A stretch of 64,000 bases of DNA from Rickettsia typhi (GTDB taxonomy: Bacteria > Pseudomonadota > Alphaproteobacteria > Rickettsiales > UBA1997): the NCBI GenBank assembly GCA_945901265.1, contig CAMDJZ010000003.1, forward strand, positions 8,256 through 72,255. Reading direction: 5' to 3'. The notes under the pieces were generated by a model that was not told the origin of the DNA, did not search any database, and saw only the letters and a program-made list of their open reading frames with translations. The translations under genes were made by a program, and so were the position numbers. Shown here piece after piece: positions 29,757 to 39,654 of the stretch (the first letter of the stretch is position 1; every line of letters begins with the position of its first letter).

Positions 29757-30524
29757 ATGAAAAATTGTTGGATCATTGGCGCTAGTAGTGGAATAGGTTT
29801 AGAGCTTGCTAAAAAATATTATTCAGCAGGTTGGAATGTTATAATTTCTGCACGAAGAATCGAAAATTTAAATAATATTCAGCAAGAAATTTCTGTTAAT
29901 AAAAATTTAGGAAATCAAATTGAGGTTTTTGCTTTTGATGTAGTTGATTACAATAATTTCGAAATTTCTACCCAAGTTATTTTACAAAAATTTACCAAAA
30001 TTGATTTGGTAATTTTTGCTCCCGCAATTTATAATCAAATGAATTTACATGATTTTGATTATAAATTAGCTTTAGAAATTCTTAATGTTAATCTAGTTTC
30101 TGCGCTTAATTTTCTTGATATTGTTGGTAAAAAAATGATCAAGCAAAATTCTGGACATATCGCTGTTATTGCAAGTGTAGCAGGTTATCGTGGACTACCA
30201 AAATCATTTGCATATGGTGCATCAAAAGCAGGTCTGATAAATTTATTTGAAGGAATTTATCCAGAATTATCGGCTAATAAAATTGATTTATCGATTATAA
30301 ATCCAGGATTTGTTGCTACCGATTTGACTGCAAAAAATAATTTTAAAATGCCTTTTTTAATTTCAGCTAATAAAGCTAGTGAGTATATTTTTGAAGGATT
30401 AGAGCGTAAAGATTTTGAAATTCATTTTCCAAAAAAATTTACTTTTTTTATGAAATTTTTGCGTCACTTACCTAATAAATTTTACTTGAAATTTATTAAC
30501 TATATTTATAATAAAGAAAAGTAA
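29757..30524 (+). CDS. Short-chain dehydrogenase/reductase (SDR)
   Basis: 255 aa. IIGASSGIGLELA cofactor motif, catalytic YGASKAG (YxxxK). Confidence 0.85.
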   Translation: MKNCWIIGASSGIGLELAKKYYSAGWNVIISARRIENLNNIQQEISVNKNLGNQIEVFAFDVVDYNNFEISTQVILQKFTKIDLVIFAPAIYNQMNLHDFDYKLALEILNVNLVSALNFLDIVGKKMIKQNSGHIAVIASVAGYRGLPKSFAYGASKAGLINLFEGIYPELSANKIDLSIINPGFVATDLTAKNNFKMPFLISANKASEYIFEGLERKDFEIHFPKKFTFFMKFLRHLPNKFYLKFINYIYNKEK

Positions 30525-30570
30525 TTTTAAACTAACAATAATTGCAGTAAATTATTAATAACTAAAATAT

Positions 30571-31554
30571 TTGTTTAAAATGAATAAACACGATCATATA
30601 TTATTTTCTTATTCCTTTAACCAAGATAATAAAGCTTTAAAAGTAGAAGAGAGTAGAGTAGCTGGAGAATTAAAAAATGAAGGATTATCTTGGGTTCATC
30701 TTGACGCCAATAATGAATTTTCTAAAAGATGGCTATTGCAAAAAGTAAATTATATTGATCATTTAATTATCGAAGCCTTAATTGCTGAAGAAACCCGACC
30801 GCGCGTTACCGAATTTAATAATGGACTTTTAGTAATCATGCGTAGCGTTGGTCTTAACGCTGTTGATCCAGAAGAAATGGTTTCACTTAGAATGTGGATT
30901 GATAAGGATCGTATCATAACTCTCCAGCGTCAAGATATGCGTGCAGTTTATGAAATAAAAAACCAAATTGATCGCGGAATAAATATTAAAAGTGCGGAAG
31001 AATTTTTGTATAATTTAATTGACCAAAGTATATCGACAACATCACCATTTCTATACGCAATAGGCGATAAAATTGACGAAATTGAAAACAAAATTTCTCA
31101 TTCCTCAAGCGTAAATTTGCGCGAAGAAATCATCCCCCTTCGCTCACAAATTGCCGTATTTAAACGCTATCTTGCACCTCAAAAAGAAATGATTGGAAAA
31201 TTGCGATATTTGGAATTAAATTGGATTAATGACTTCTCGCGTCGACATTTTCAAGAAAATTTCGACCATATTAGTCAAATGCTAGAAGAGGCTGAAGAGG
31301 TTGGTAGTCGGGCAAAAATTTTACAAGATGAATTAATGCATTATCTCAATGAGCGAATTAATCGCAATATGTTTAAACTCTCCGTTGTGGCAATTATTTT
31401 TATGCCTTTAACTTTTTTTACCGGATTATTTGGGATGAATTTTAGCGATATTCCTGGATCCCAAAACCCTAATGGTTTTTATATTTTTTCAACGATGATG
31501 TTTTTAATTGCTATTCTTTTGGCGATGTTTTTTAAAAATAAAAAATGGTTTTAG
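30571..31554 (+). CDS. zntB: CorA-family zinc transporter ZntB
   Basis: 327 aa from TTG (alternative ATG at 30580). LSWVHLD, EETRPRV and FFTGLFGMNFSDIPG (GMN motif) align with E. coli ZntB as I recall it. Confidence 0.85.
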   Translation: MFKMNKHDHILFSYSFNQDNKALKVEESRVAGELKNEGLSWVHLDANNEFSKRWLLQKVNYIDHLIIEALIAEETRPRVTEFNNGLLVIMRSVGLNAVDPEEMVSLRMWIDKDRIITLQRQDMRAVYEIKNQIDRGINIKSAEEFLYNLIDQSISTTSPFLYAIGDKIDEIENKISHSSSVNLREEIIPLRSQIAVFKRYLAPQKEMIGKLRYLELNWINDFSRRHFQENFDHISQMLEEAEEVGSRAKILQDELMHYLNERINRNMFKLSVVAIIFMPLTFFTGLFGMNFSDIPGSQNPNGFYIFSTMMFLIAILLAMFFKNKKWF

Positions 31555-31957
31555 AAATTAATTAGGTTTTATGAGCTTAGTGCGCCATGATTTTTAGATA
31601 ATAATATTAAATTTTCTTTAGACTTTTTTTCTTAAAAATTGTAATATATTTATTAAATAATGAGCAAAAAAGCTTATCTTATTTTAAGCTAAAATTTAGT
31701 TCTAAATCTCCTCTAAAAAGAAATTTTGATTTGATATATTTTTTGTAAGCAACTATTGAAATCTATTTACTTAAAAATTAATTAACTAATTTATTTCTAT
31801 ATTTTTTTTATTAAGTTTAATTTATTTAAGAAATATTAATGAAGTTGGATTTGTTATATTTTTTTTATTAAAAAACTTCTTGATTAAATAAAAAACTGCA
31901 TTAAATATTTAAAAAACTGCCAGTTATAACTTAGAAAATAAAAATTAATAAAATACC

Positions 31958-33352
31958 ATGTACACAAAAAATACACATGACGCCGTGGCAAGCCTAAGAC
32001 AAGGGACGCCAAGAAAGTTAGTGTTTTCACCTCCAAAAGCACCTCTTCTAGCTAAAGCTCGAGATACAGTTCCACATCGCGCCAGTGGAGTTGATGATGG
32101 TCCCATTATGAAAGTAGTACAAGCTATAGAAATGATGCAAGGCCAAACTACCACGAATTCTTCAGTATTAACAGATTCTGCTATTACACCAAGAATGAAC
32201 AATGATCAAGGTTCAATTGCATCTCCTTCGGCGAAAGCTGTTAGAGATGCGGCAAAAGCAGCTCAAAAAAATCCGATAGCATTAATTAGAGCTAGCCATT
32301 TAACTAGCAAGAAAGGACAGGTACAAATAATAAGAGCATTACTTGAATCCCAAATGAGAAATACAACTCAAACAGACCAAGAATTTCAAAAACAACAATC
32401 CTTTCCAAATTTACAAGTTCAAAAAGGAGACCCTGGAGAAGATATCCTCCAACAAACACAAGAAGCCAGAAAACAACATCTATTCGCTGCTTCTCAAGAA
32501 GAATTAATTCGCGCCCAACAAAAAACAATTTCTCAACAAGAATTAATTCGCGCCCAACAAAAAAAAATAGAGCGATTGCAAACAAAATTAACTGAACTTA
32601 GGGTTACCATTAGTAAAGACTTCTCTGCGATAGAGGATAGTCTGAAAATTTCATCACAACTAGTTCCAAAGAATCCTCAGGCGCAAAAAGAAGAAGCTAA
32701 CTATCCGCAAATAACTGACTCCCAGCAAACTTATGAAATTGAGTGTCAGCGAATTATTGGTAAGAAAAACGAATGTTGGCTTAAAGTTATGGGGCTTGAA
32801 CTTAAAATTATTTTACCAGACGGCCATCAATTTCAAACAAATCAATCACCATATAAAGATTTTATAAATAAATTTTCTCAAGAAATTACTGAATTTTTAA
32901 AAAACACTGGGAATGAATTTTTAAATAAAGATACTATTCTTCCTAATTTCAGAGATACTATTCTTCCTCTTTTCAGAAACAATTTTAATTGCCAAGTTTT
33001 AACTGAATCAAATTTTCTTAAAGATAATGATATTTCTACACCTAGTAAACCAATAAATACTGAATCAAATTTTCTTAAAGATAATGATATTTCTACACCT
33101 AGTAAACCAATAAATAGTGAATCAAATTTAGATAATGATATTTCTACACCTAGTAAACCAATAAATAGTGATACTGACATTTTAACATTTTGCCATGTTT
33201 TAAGACATCAGCCGGCACTGGTGCATGAGCCCGCAGCAGCTAGCAGAACTAATCCTGATAATCGCCAACCAACTCCATCTCCAGCAACAACAGCTATGAC
33301 AAATTTATTAACTAAAGGTTTAAAATTACTTCGAAATTCATCAAAAAGATAA
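31958..33352 (+). CDS. Orphan repeat protein (candidate secreted effector)
   Basis: 464-aa ORF after a 400-bp AT-rich spacer. No recognised family. Q/E-rich centre, a 13-aa duplication (QEELIRAQQK...), three 19-aa repeats, and Pro/Ser/Arg-rich termini encoded by GC-elevated DNA. Confidence 0.6.
   Translation: MYTKNTHDAVASLRQGTPRKLVFSPPKAPLLAKARDTVPHRASGVDDGPIMKVVQAIEMMQGQTTTNSSVLTDSAITPRMNNDQGSIASPSAKAVRDAAKAAQKNPIALIRASHLTSKKGQVQIIRALLESQMRNTTQTDQEFQKQQSFPNLQVQKGDPGEDILQQTQEARKQHLFAASQEELIRAQQKTISQQELIRAQQKKIERLQTKLTELRVTISKDFSAIEDSLKISSQLVPKNPQAQKEEANYPQITDSQQTYEIECQRIIGKKNECWLKVMGLELKIILPDGHQFQTNQSPYKDFINKFSQEITEFLKNTGNEFLNKDTILPNFRDTILPLFRNNFNCQVLTESNFLKDNDISTPSKPINTESNFLKDNDISTPSKPINSESNLDNDISTPSKPINSDTDILTFCHVLRHQPALVHEPAAASRTNPDNRQPTPSPATTAMTNLLTKGLKLLRNSSKR
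33002..33166 (+). repeat. In-frame 57-nt tandem repeat x3 (third copy has a 9-nt deletion) encoding (T/S)ESNFLKDNDISTPSKPIN
   Basis: Read directly. Copies start at 33002, 33059 and 33116. Confidence 0.95.
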
Positions 33353-33391
33353 AAATAAACTTACTCTCAAGTAAAATAATTTTTATAAATT

Positions 33392-34270
33392 CTAAAATTT
33401 TATGCCCCATTTGCGACCTAGGTATTTCTCGATTGAAATGCGTTCTTCGCTTTTAAGATTGCGTTCAAAAAATATAATTTCTCCAATTTGGCCCTGAAAA
33501 AAATTGCTTAATATTAAATTGCAATTATTAACGCCAATTGTTAATTTTTTATCAATATTAATTGCAAAATTATTGTTAATTGTTGAAGAGTTTCCAGAGT
33601 TGTAATAACTAGTAAGGCTGGTTCCTGAGTGAATAATGGTGACTAAATCAGCTTTATTAAAAGCGTTGCCAAGGCTAGTTAAATTTTGCGTAGTTAAGGT
33701 TGTGTTGTCGCCAAGAGCAATTTGATAATTTGGAATTGCCCCATTCAAAAAACTATTAATAATAAAACCACGATTTGCTGAATTATTGCATAAAATTGTT
33801 GAAACTTGTGAGGCAGAAAAAATTTTGGTTTTTGAAACTATAAAAATTGAAAAACTAACTGGATTGAGAGTTAAATTATATGGCATTTCCAAATAATTAT
33901 TGCCAAGAAACTCAAGTGACGGTAAATCATTTATTCCCCTAATTATGTAATTTGGGCGATTATTTGCAATGCTTTGAGTTAAATTAAATTTAAGAGATGA
34001 ACTTGTATTAAGATCAAACCATGTGCTGATTGGAGTCATATCTTCTTGCTCTAATTCAATAAAACTTTTATCTAAAGATGTTTCAAACCAAGCTAATAAT
34101 CCAGGTGTTGATAAAACCGGTGAACTCAAAGTGTTTGATCGAGCAGTGTTAATTCTGGTTCGGGCGATAAGTTTTTTTGATTGAGTAATTGCTGCAACCA
34201 AAAATCCAACAATTACTATTACTATGGAAATCTCAATTAATGAAAAAGCCGTGTTATTTTTTTTCTGCAT
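33392..34270 (-). CDS. Prepilin-type N-terminal methylation-domain protein with LamG-like (Laminin_G_3) C-terminal domain, paralog A
   Basis: Start set at the Met giving MQKKNNTA/FSLIEISIVIVIVGFL (class III leader, Glu+5). C-terminal FFQGQIGEIIFFERNLKSEERISIEKYLGRKWGIKF fits the Laminin_G_3 terminal motif (F.G.I.E..I..R.L...E). Confidence 0.72.
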   Translation of the reverse strand: MQKKNNTAFSLIEISIVIVIVGFLVAAITQSKKLIARTRINTARSNTLSSPVLSTPGLLAWFETSLDKSFIELEQEDMTPISTWFDLNTSSSLKFNLTQSIANNRPNYIIRGINDLPSLEFLGNNYLEMPYNLTLNPVSFSIFIVSKTKIFSASQVSTILCNNSANRGFIINSFLNGAIPNYQIALGDNTTLTTQNLTSLGNAFNKADLVTIIHSGTSLTSYYNSGNSSTINNNFAINIDKKLTIGVNNCNLILSNFFQGQIGEIIFFERNLKSEERISIEKYLGRKWGIKF

Positions 34271-34359
34271 AAAAACACTTTTGGTTAAAAAATTTGCTTT
34301 TAAGATAACGTAAATATTTTTAATAAACAATTTTTTTATAATAATTTTTTTGGAAATTT

Positions 34360-36105
34360 ATGAGCAAAATTAGCAAAGAAAAATTACCATCGCGATATGT
34401 TACTAATTCACATGGCTGTGAGGCTCGCAAGACTATGCTTTACAACATTAAAACCGATCTTTATCCAAATGGTTTGAGTGAGGAGGATTTGCAAAAACCT
34501 TTTGTTGGAGTCGTTTCTGCTTGGAATGAAGCAGCTCCGTGTAATATTGCATTGGCGCGTCAAGCGCAACCTGCCAAAAAAGGTGTCAAAGATTTTGGTG
34601 GAACTCCGCGAGAATTTACGACCATTACCGTTACGGACGGAATTGCTAATGGTCATCAGGGCATGAAATCATCTTTAGTTTCGCGTGAAGTTATTGCAGA
34701 TTCAATCGAATTAACAATGCGTGGACATTGTTACGATGCCTTAATCGGGCTGGCTGGTTGCGATAAATCTTTACCAGGAATGATGATGGCGATGTGTCGC
34801 TTAAATGTACCTTCGGTTTTTATGTATGGCGGATCAATATTGCCAGGAAGATTTCATGATAAGGATGTTACCATTGTAGATGTTTTTGAAGCTGTAGGTC
34901 AAAGAGATGCTGGTAAAATTTCTGATAAAGAATTATTAGATTTAGCTAAAGTTGCTTGCCCAACTGCTGGAGCGTGTGGAGGACAATTCACCGCAAATAC
35001 CATGGCTTGCGTTAGTGAAGCAATTGGCTTGGCATTACCAGGTTCATCTGGTGCTCCAGCGCCATATGAATCTAGAGATGAATATGCTTACGCCTCAGGA
35101 CAGGCGGTGATGAATTTAATTGAAAAAAATATTAAATCGCGTGATATAGTAACTTTAAAAGCTTTGGAAAATGCCGCAACTATTGTTGCTGCAACTGGAG
35201 GGTCAACCAACGCCGTTCTTCATCTACCAGCAATTGCCAATGAGTGTGGGATTGATTTTGATATTTTTGCAATTGGTGAAATTTTTAAAAAAACTCCTTA
35301 CATTACTGACATGAAACCAGGTGGCAAATATGTTGCCAAAGATTTATATGAAGCAGGCGGTGTACAAATGATTTTGAAAATTTTACTTGATGAAGGTTTT
35401 ATTTATGGCGATTGTCTTACAGTAACAGGTCAAACTATGGCGCAAAATTTACGTGATATAAAATTTAATGATCAACAAAAAGTTGTTTATCATCCATCTA
35501 AACCGCTATCACCATCTGGTGGAGTTGTTATTCTCAAGGGCAATTTAGCAAGTGATGGAGCGGTTGTAAAAGTTGCGGGAATGCAAAATGAATCGTTAAT
35601 TTTTACAGGTAATGCGCGCTGTTTTGATTCTGAAGAGGAATGTTTTAAAGCTGTTGAGCAAAAAAAATATCAAGCAGGTGATGTTTTAGTTATTCGTTAC
35701 GAAGGTCCAAAGGGTGGGCCTGGAATGCGTGAAATGCTTGCAACAACTTCGGCAATTTATGGTCAAGGTATGGGCAATAAAGTTGCATTAATTACCGATG
35801 GCAGATTTTCAGGTGGAACGCGCGGATTTTGTGTTGGCCATGTTAGTCCTGAAGCAAGTGAAGGGGGAGTAATCGCTTTACTCAAAGACGGTGATCAAAT
35901 TAAAATTGATGCCATAAATGGCTCACTTGATGTGTTAATTTCAAATGAGGAATTAGAAAATCGTCGTAAAAATTTTAAGCCACGCCAAAATGATTATGGC
36001 TCAGGAGCTCTATGGAAATATGCGTGCAGCGTTGGATCTCCACGTTATGGAGCTGTTACTCACGGCGGAGCGAAGTCAGAAATAATTTCGTATGACAAGA
36101 TTTAG
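34360..36105 (+). CDS. ilvD: Dihydroxy-acid dehydratase
   Basis: 581 aa IlvD/Edd family. [43 protein letters not shown]. Confidence 0.92.
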   Translation: MSKISKEKLPSRYVTNSHGCEARKTMLYNIKTDLYPNGLSEEDLQKPFVGVVSAWNEAAPCNIALARQAQPAKKGVKDFGGTPREFTTITVTDGIANGHQGMKSSLVSREVIADSIELTMRGHCYDALIGLAGCDKSLPGMMMAMCRLNVPSVFMYGGSILPGRFHDKDVTIVDVFEAVGQRDAGKISDKELLDLAKVACPTAGACGGQFTANTMACVSEAIGLALPGSSGAPAPYESRDEYAYASGQAVMNLIEKNIKSRDIVTLKALENAATIVAATGGSTNAVLHLPAIANECGIDFDIFAIGEIFKKTPYITDMKPGGKYVAKDLYEAGGVQMILKILLDEGFIYGDCLTVTGQTMAQNLRDIKFNDQQKVVYHPSKPLSPSGGVVILKGNLASDGAVVKVAGMQNESLIFTGNARCFDSEEECFKAVEQKKYQAGDVLVIRYEGPKGGPGMREMLATTSAIYGQGMGNKVALITDGRFSGGTRGFCVGHVSPEASEGGVIALLKDGDQIKIDAINGSLDVLISNEELENRRKNFKPRQNDYGSGALWKYACSVGSPRYGAVTHGGAKSEIISYDKI

Positions 36106-36230
36106 TAATTAAAAACTATTTTTAACTAAAAAAATATTTTTAGAGAAAAAAAATATTAATTATTTAAAAAAGTTAAAAAAAATATTTTCAAGTTATTATT
36201 TTTAAAAATATTAATCACTAACGTCTCGCA

Positions 36231-38021
36231 ATGCAAGAATTTCAATATCATTCAGTATCTGAAAAAATTTGGCAAGCCAAAGAATTCGATCAACGCCTTG
36301 CTGTCGCTATTGCACAACGTCATGAAATATCGCCTATAATTGGTAATTTATTGGCGATTCGTCAAGTTAATCTTGATGAGGTAGAAGATTTTTTAGAGCC
36401 AAAAATTAAAAATACTTTGCCTAATCCATTTTTACTTTCGGGAGTTGATGAAGCGGTTGACCATGTAATTAATGCCATAAAAAATAATAAAAAAATTACT
36501 ATTTTTGCAGATTATGATGTTGATGGCGCAACGAGTTCAGCTTTACTGGTTCGCTTCTTTCGGCAAATTAATGTCGATGCTGATGTTTATGTTCCTGATC
36601 GAATTTTAGAAGGTTATGGACCAAACTCGCAAGCCTTGCTCAATTTAAAAAAAAATGGCACTGATTTGGTAATCACAGTTGACTGCGGAACGGTTGCATT
36701 CAAGCCCTTGGAAGACGCAAAAAAAGCTGGATTGGAAATTATTGTAATTGATCACCATTTGGGTGTTATTGAAAAACCTGAGGCAATTGCCGTAATAAAT
36801 CCAAATTTATTGGATGAAAAATTTACACCAAAAAATATTTGCGCAGCGACAGTAGCATTTTTATTTGCAGTTGCAGTTAATAAAAAACTTAAAGATCAAG
36901 ATTTTTTCAATGATAAAAATCCCGTTAATTTATTTGATTTGCTTGATCTTGTTGCGCTTGGAACTGTATGCGATGTTATGCCCTTAACCGGCTTAAATCG
37001 GGCTTTGGTAAGCGCTGGTTTGAAAATTTTAAAGAATAGAAAAAATTTAGGTTTGCGCCAAATTTGTGATTTAGCTGGAATTACTAATCAACCTGATGCT
37101 TATAGTTTAGGTTTTGTAATCGGACCGCGAATTAATGCTGGAGGAAGAGTTGGGCAATCAAATCTAGGAACAAAAATTTTAGCCAGTGAATGTGAGATTG
37201 AAATACATGAAATAGCTCAAAAATTAGAAAATTTTAACAAGCAACGTAAAGATATTGAAACGCAAGTTCAAAATGAAGCTGTGCAAAGACTAGAGCAGGG
37301 CGTTGATGGTTATAGTGTCAACGATCCCGTAATTTTTAGCGTTGCTAAAAATTGGCATCAAGGTGTAATTGGCATAGTTGCTTCAAGACTTAAAGATTTA
37401 TATAATAAGCCAGTTGCGGTAATAACTATTGATTGCGAAACTAATAAGGCCAAAGCTTCTTGTCGCTCAATTGCCGGAATTGATTTTGGTGCAGAAATTC
37501 TAAATGCTAGATTGCAAGGCTTGTTGCTTGAGGGTGGAGGCCATGCCATGGCAGGAGGATTTTCTTTGACTGCAGATAAATTAAAACAACTTCACGAATT
37601 TTTTTGTAATAAATTTCAACGACAAGTTCAAGAAATTAACAGTGTTAATAATGCATTCTATGATTTGGAAATTGATATGATGCAAATTAATATTCAATTT
37701 TTAAAAGAACTTTCTAAGCTAGAGCCATTTGGTGTTGGCAATATGCGTCCCCGATTTTTAATTAATGACGTTAAAAAAATTCGTTCTCAAATAATTGGCT
37801 CTAAACAAGAACATGTGAGTTGTATTTTTACTGCTAAATCAATGATTGGATTTTCGAATCAGATAAGTGCAGTGGCTTTTCGCAGTGTTGGTCAAAAAGT
37901 TGGTGATGTGCTTTTAGGAAATAAATCATATGAAAATATAAAGCTTATTGCAACCTTGAATATTAATAGCTGGATGGGTGTTGAAAAAGTACAAATTCTA
38001 ATCGAAGATGTAATCGTTTAG
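36231..38021 (+). CDS. recJ: Single-stranded-DNA-specific exonuclease RecJ
   Basis: 596 aa. DHH motifs FADYDVDGATS, TVDCG, VIDHH. DHHA1 motif GGGHAMAGG. Confidence 0.93.
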   Translation: MQEFQYHSVSEKIWQAKEFDQRLAVAIAQRHEISPIIGNLLAIRQVNLDEVEDFLEPKIKNTLPNPFLLSGVDEAVDHVINAIKNNKKITIFADYDVDGATSSALLVRFFRQINVDADVYVPDRILEGYGPNSQALLNLKKNGTDLVITVDCGTVAFKPLEDAKKAGLEIIVIDHHLGVIEKPEAIAVINPNLLDEKFTPKNICAATVAFLFAVAVNKKLKDQDFFNDKNPVNLFDLLDLVALGTVCDVMPLTGLNRALVSAGLKILKNRKNLGLRQICDLAGITNQPDAYSLGFVIGPRINAGGRVGQSNLGTKILASECEIEIHEIAQKLENFNKQRKDIETQVQNEAVQRLEQGVDGYSVNDPVIFSVAKNWHQGVIGIVASRLKDLYNKPVAVITIDCETNKAKASCRSIAGIDFGAEILNARLQGLLLEGGGHAMAGGFSLTADKLKQLHEFFCNKFQRQVQEINSVNNAFYDLEIDMMQINIQFLKELSKLEPFGVGNMRPRFLINDVKKIRSQIIGSKQEHVSCIFTAKSMIGFSNQISAVAFRSVGQKVGDVLLGNKSYENIKLIATLNINSWMGVEKVQILIEDVIV

Positions 38022-38140
38022 TTAAAAATATTTAATTAAATTTGGTTTTTTTTAAAGCTTAAAATAGCAATAAATTATTTGATTAATAATTTTAAATTAC
38101 TAGATTTTTTGAAATAAAATTTTTTAAATTAACGCAAAAT

Positions 38141-38515
38141 ATGATTGATCAAAAAACCTTAAAAACATTTGGATTCATATGGGCATTGATCCTTATGTTT
38201 TTTGCATATTTCAATAGGCAATATGCTTTTATCCTTTGTTTTGCAAGTAGTCTTTTTGTGGTCTCGGCGATTTTTTTTCCAGAAATTTATGTTAAAACTA
38301 AAATATTTCAAACTTGGATTAAGTTTGGAAATATTTGCGGTCAAATTAATTCTAAAATAATAATCTTATTTTTATTTTTTATAATTTTTATGCCAATTGC
38401 ATTTATTTTAAAAATTCTCAAAAAAGATTTATTGCAAAAAAAACTAGATACAAATTGCACTACTTATTTCAAAGCTCGAGATCAGTTACCAACTGATATG
38501 AGAAAGCAATTTTAA
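38141..38515 (+). CDS. SxtJ-family small membrane protein
   Basis: 124 aa, 3 TM. LKTFGFIWALILMF start and ...LPTDMRKQF end match SxtJ-family proteins as I recall them (...MKNQF). Linked to a carbamoyltransferase. Confidence 0.68.
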   Translation: MIDQKTLKTFGFIWALILMFFAYFNRQYAFILCFASSLFVVSAIFFPEIYVKTKIFQTWIKFGNICGQINSKIIILFLFFIIFMPIAFILKILKKDLLQKKLDTNCTTYFKARDQLPTDMRKQF

Positions 38516-38520
38516 GTAAA

Positions 38521-39618
38521 ATGATAAGTAATCTTTTAAAAAAATATCCTAAAATTTCGACTTTTATTTTGAGTGCGATTATTGTTAGCACATTTGGTTT
38601 TTTGTTTTTTAAAATTATAACTTTTGATATTATGCAAGATTTTGAAGGTGGTGAAAAATATAGTATTTATGATAAAATAATTTACCAAATTCGCTGTAAT
38701 CAAGAACGAAATATTAGGCTTAGAGAGCTTAAGCCAAACTCTAATTACCTCAGAATTCCTCAGCAAAAATATGAAAATCTAGAACATCGCCAATATCATC
38801 TTGATACTGATAATAATGGATTCATCAAGCCTGCCTTGGTAAATAAAGATCCTCGCATACAAATATTTTTTTTAGGTGGTTCAACAACTGAATGCGAAAT
38901 GGTTGATCCTCAATTTCGTTTTCCCTATTTAACGGGCAGAATTTTACAAGAAAGATTAAATATAAAAATCAATAGTGACAATGCTGCCAAGAGCGGTAAT
39001 AATTCATTACATTCCATTAATATTTTACTTAATAAATTAATTCCTTTTAAACCTGATATAATTGTGATGATGGACAATATCAATGATTTATCGACCTTAT
39101 TTTACGAAGGTACTTATTGGAATAGTAATAAGACTATTGCTCCAATTTCATGTGATAAAAAAAATCGCGATAACTTTGCTAAGAAAGATCAATGGTCACT
39201 TAGTGAAGCTTGGCGAAATCGCATATTGAATGATTCTAAAGAGCAGGAGAGAATCATTGAAGATTTTGTCCAAAATTTAAAAATCTTTATTAATATTTCT
39301 AAAGCAAAAAACATTATTCCAGTCTTAATGACCCAAGCTAATCGCATTGAAAATGATGCTAATTTTAATAATGAAAGAGGCGAGGAAGCTAGCAAAATTT
39401 ATCAAAAACTTTACATAAAGTTCAATCAAGCAATTCGTCAAGTTGCTAAAAATGAAAATGTTTTGTTAATAGATTTGGCAAAAAAAATTCCCTCTGATAA
39501 AAAATATATTTTTGATGTAGTTCATTTTAATAATGCTGGATCTGTTTTGGTAGCTGATGAAGTTGCTAAAAATTTAGAAAATGTTATTAAGCAAAGAGTT
39601 AAAAAAGCTCAACACTAA
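38521..39618 (+). CDS. Membrane-anchored SGNH/GDSL-family hydrolase
   Basis: N-terminal TM helix. SGNH blocks FFLGGSTTEC (I), AKSGNNS (II), MMDNINDL (III), DVVHFNNAG (V, DxxH). Confidence 0.7.
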   Translation: MISNLLKKYPKISTFILSAIIVSTFGFLFFKIITFDIMQDFEGGEKYSIYDKIIYQIRCNQERNIRLRELKPNSNYLRIPQQKYENLEHRQYHLDTDNNGFIKPALVNKDPRIQIFFLGGSTTECEMVDPQFRFPYLTGRILQERLNIKINSDNAAKSGNNSLHSINILLNKLIPFKPDIIVMMDNINDLSTLFYEGTYWNSNKTIAPISCDKKNRDNFAKKDQWSLSEAWRNRILNDSKEQERIIEDFVQNLKIFINISKAKNIIPVLMTQANRIENDANFNNERGEEASKIYQKLYIKFNQAIRQVAKNENVLLIDLAKKIPSDKKYIFDVVHFNNAGSVLVADEVAKNLENVIKQRVKKAQH

Positions 39619-39654
39619 ATAAAATTTATTTTAAAATTAAAGTTAATAAAAATT

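Noticed and set aside
31945-32202. 85-aa minus-strand ORF overlapping the start of the orphan gene
   Set aside because: It is an antisense shadow within the locally GC-elevated 5' segment, and it has no upstream space for its own expression signals.
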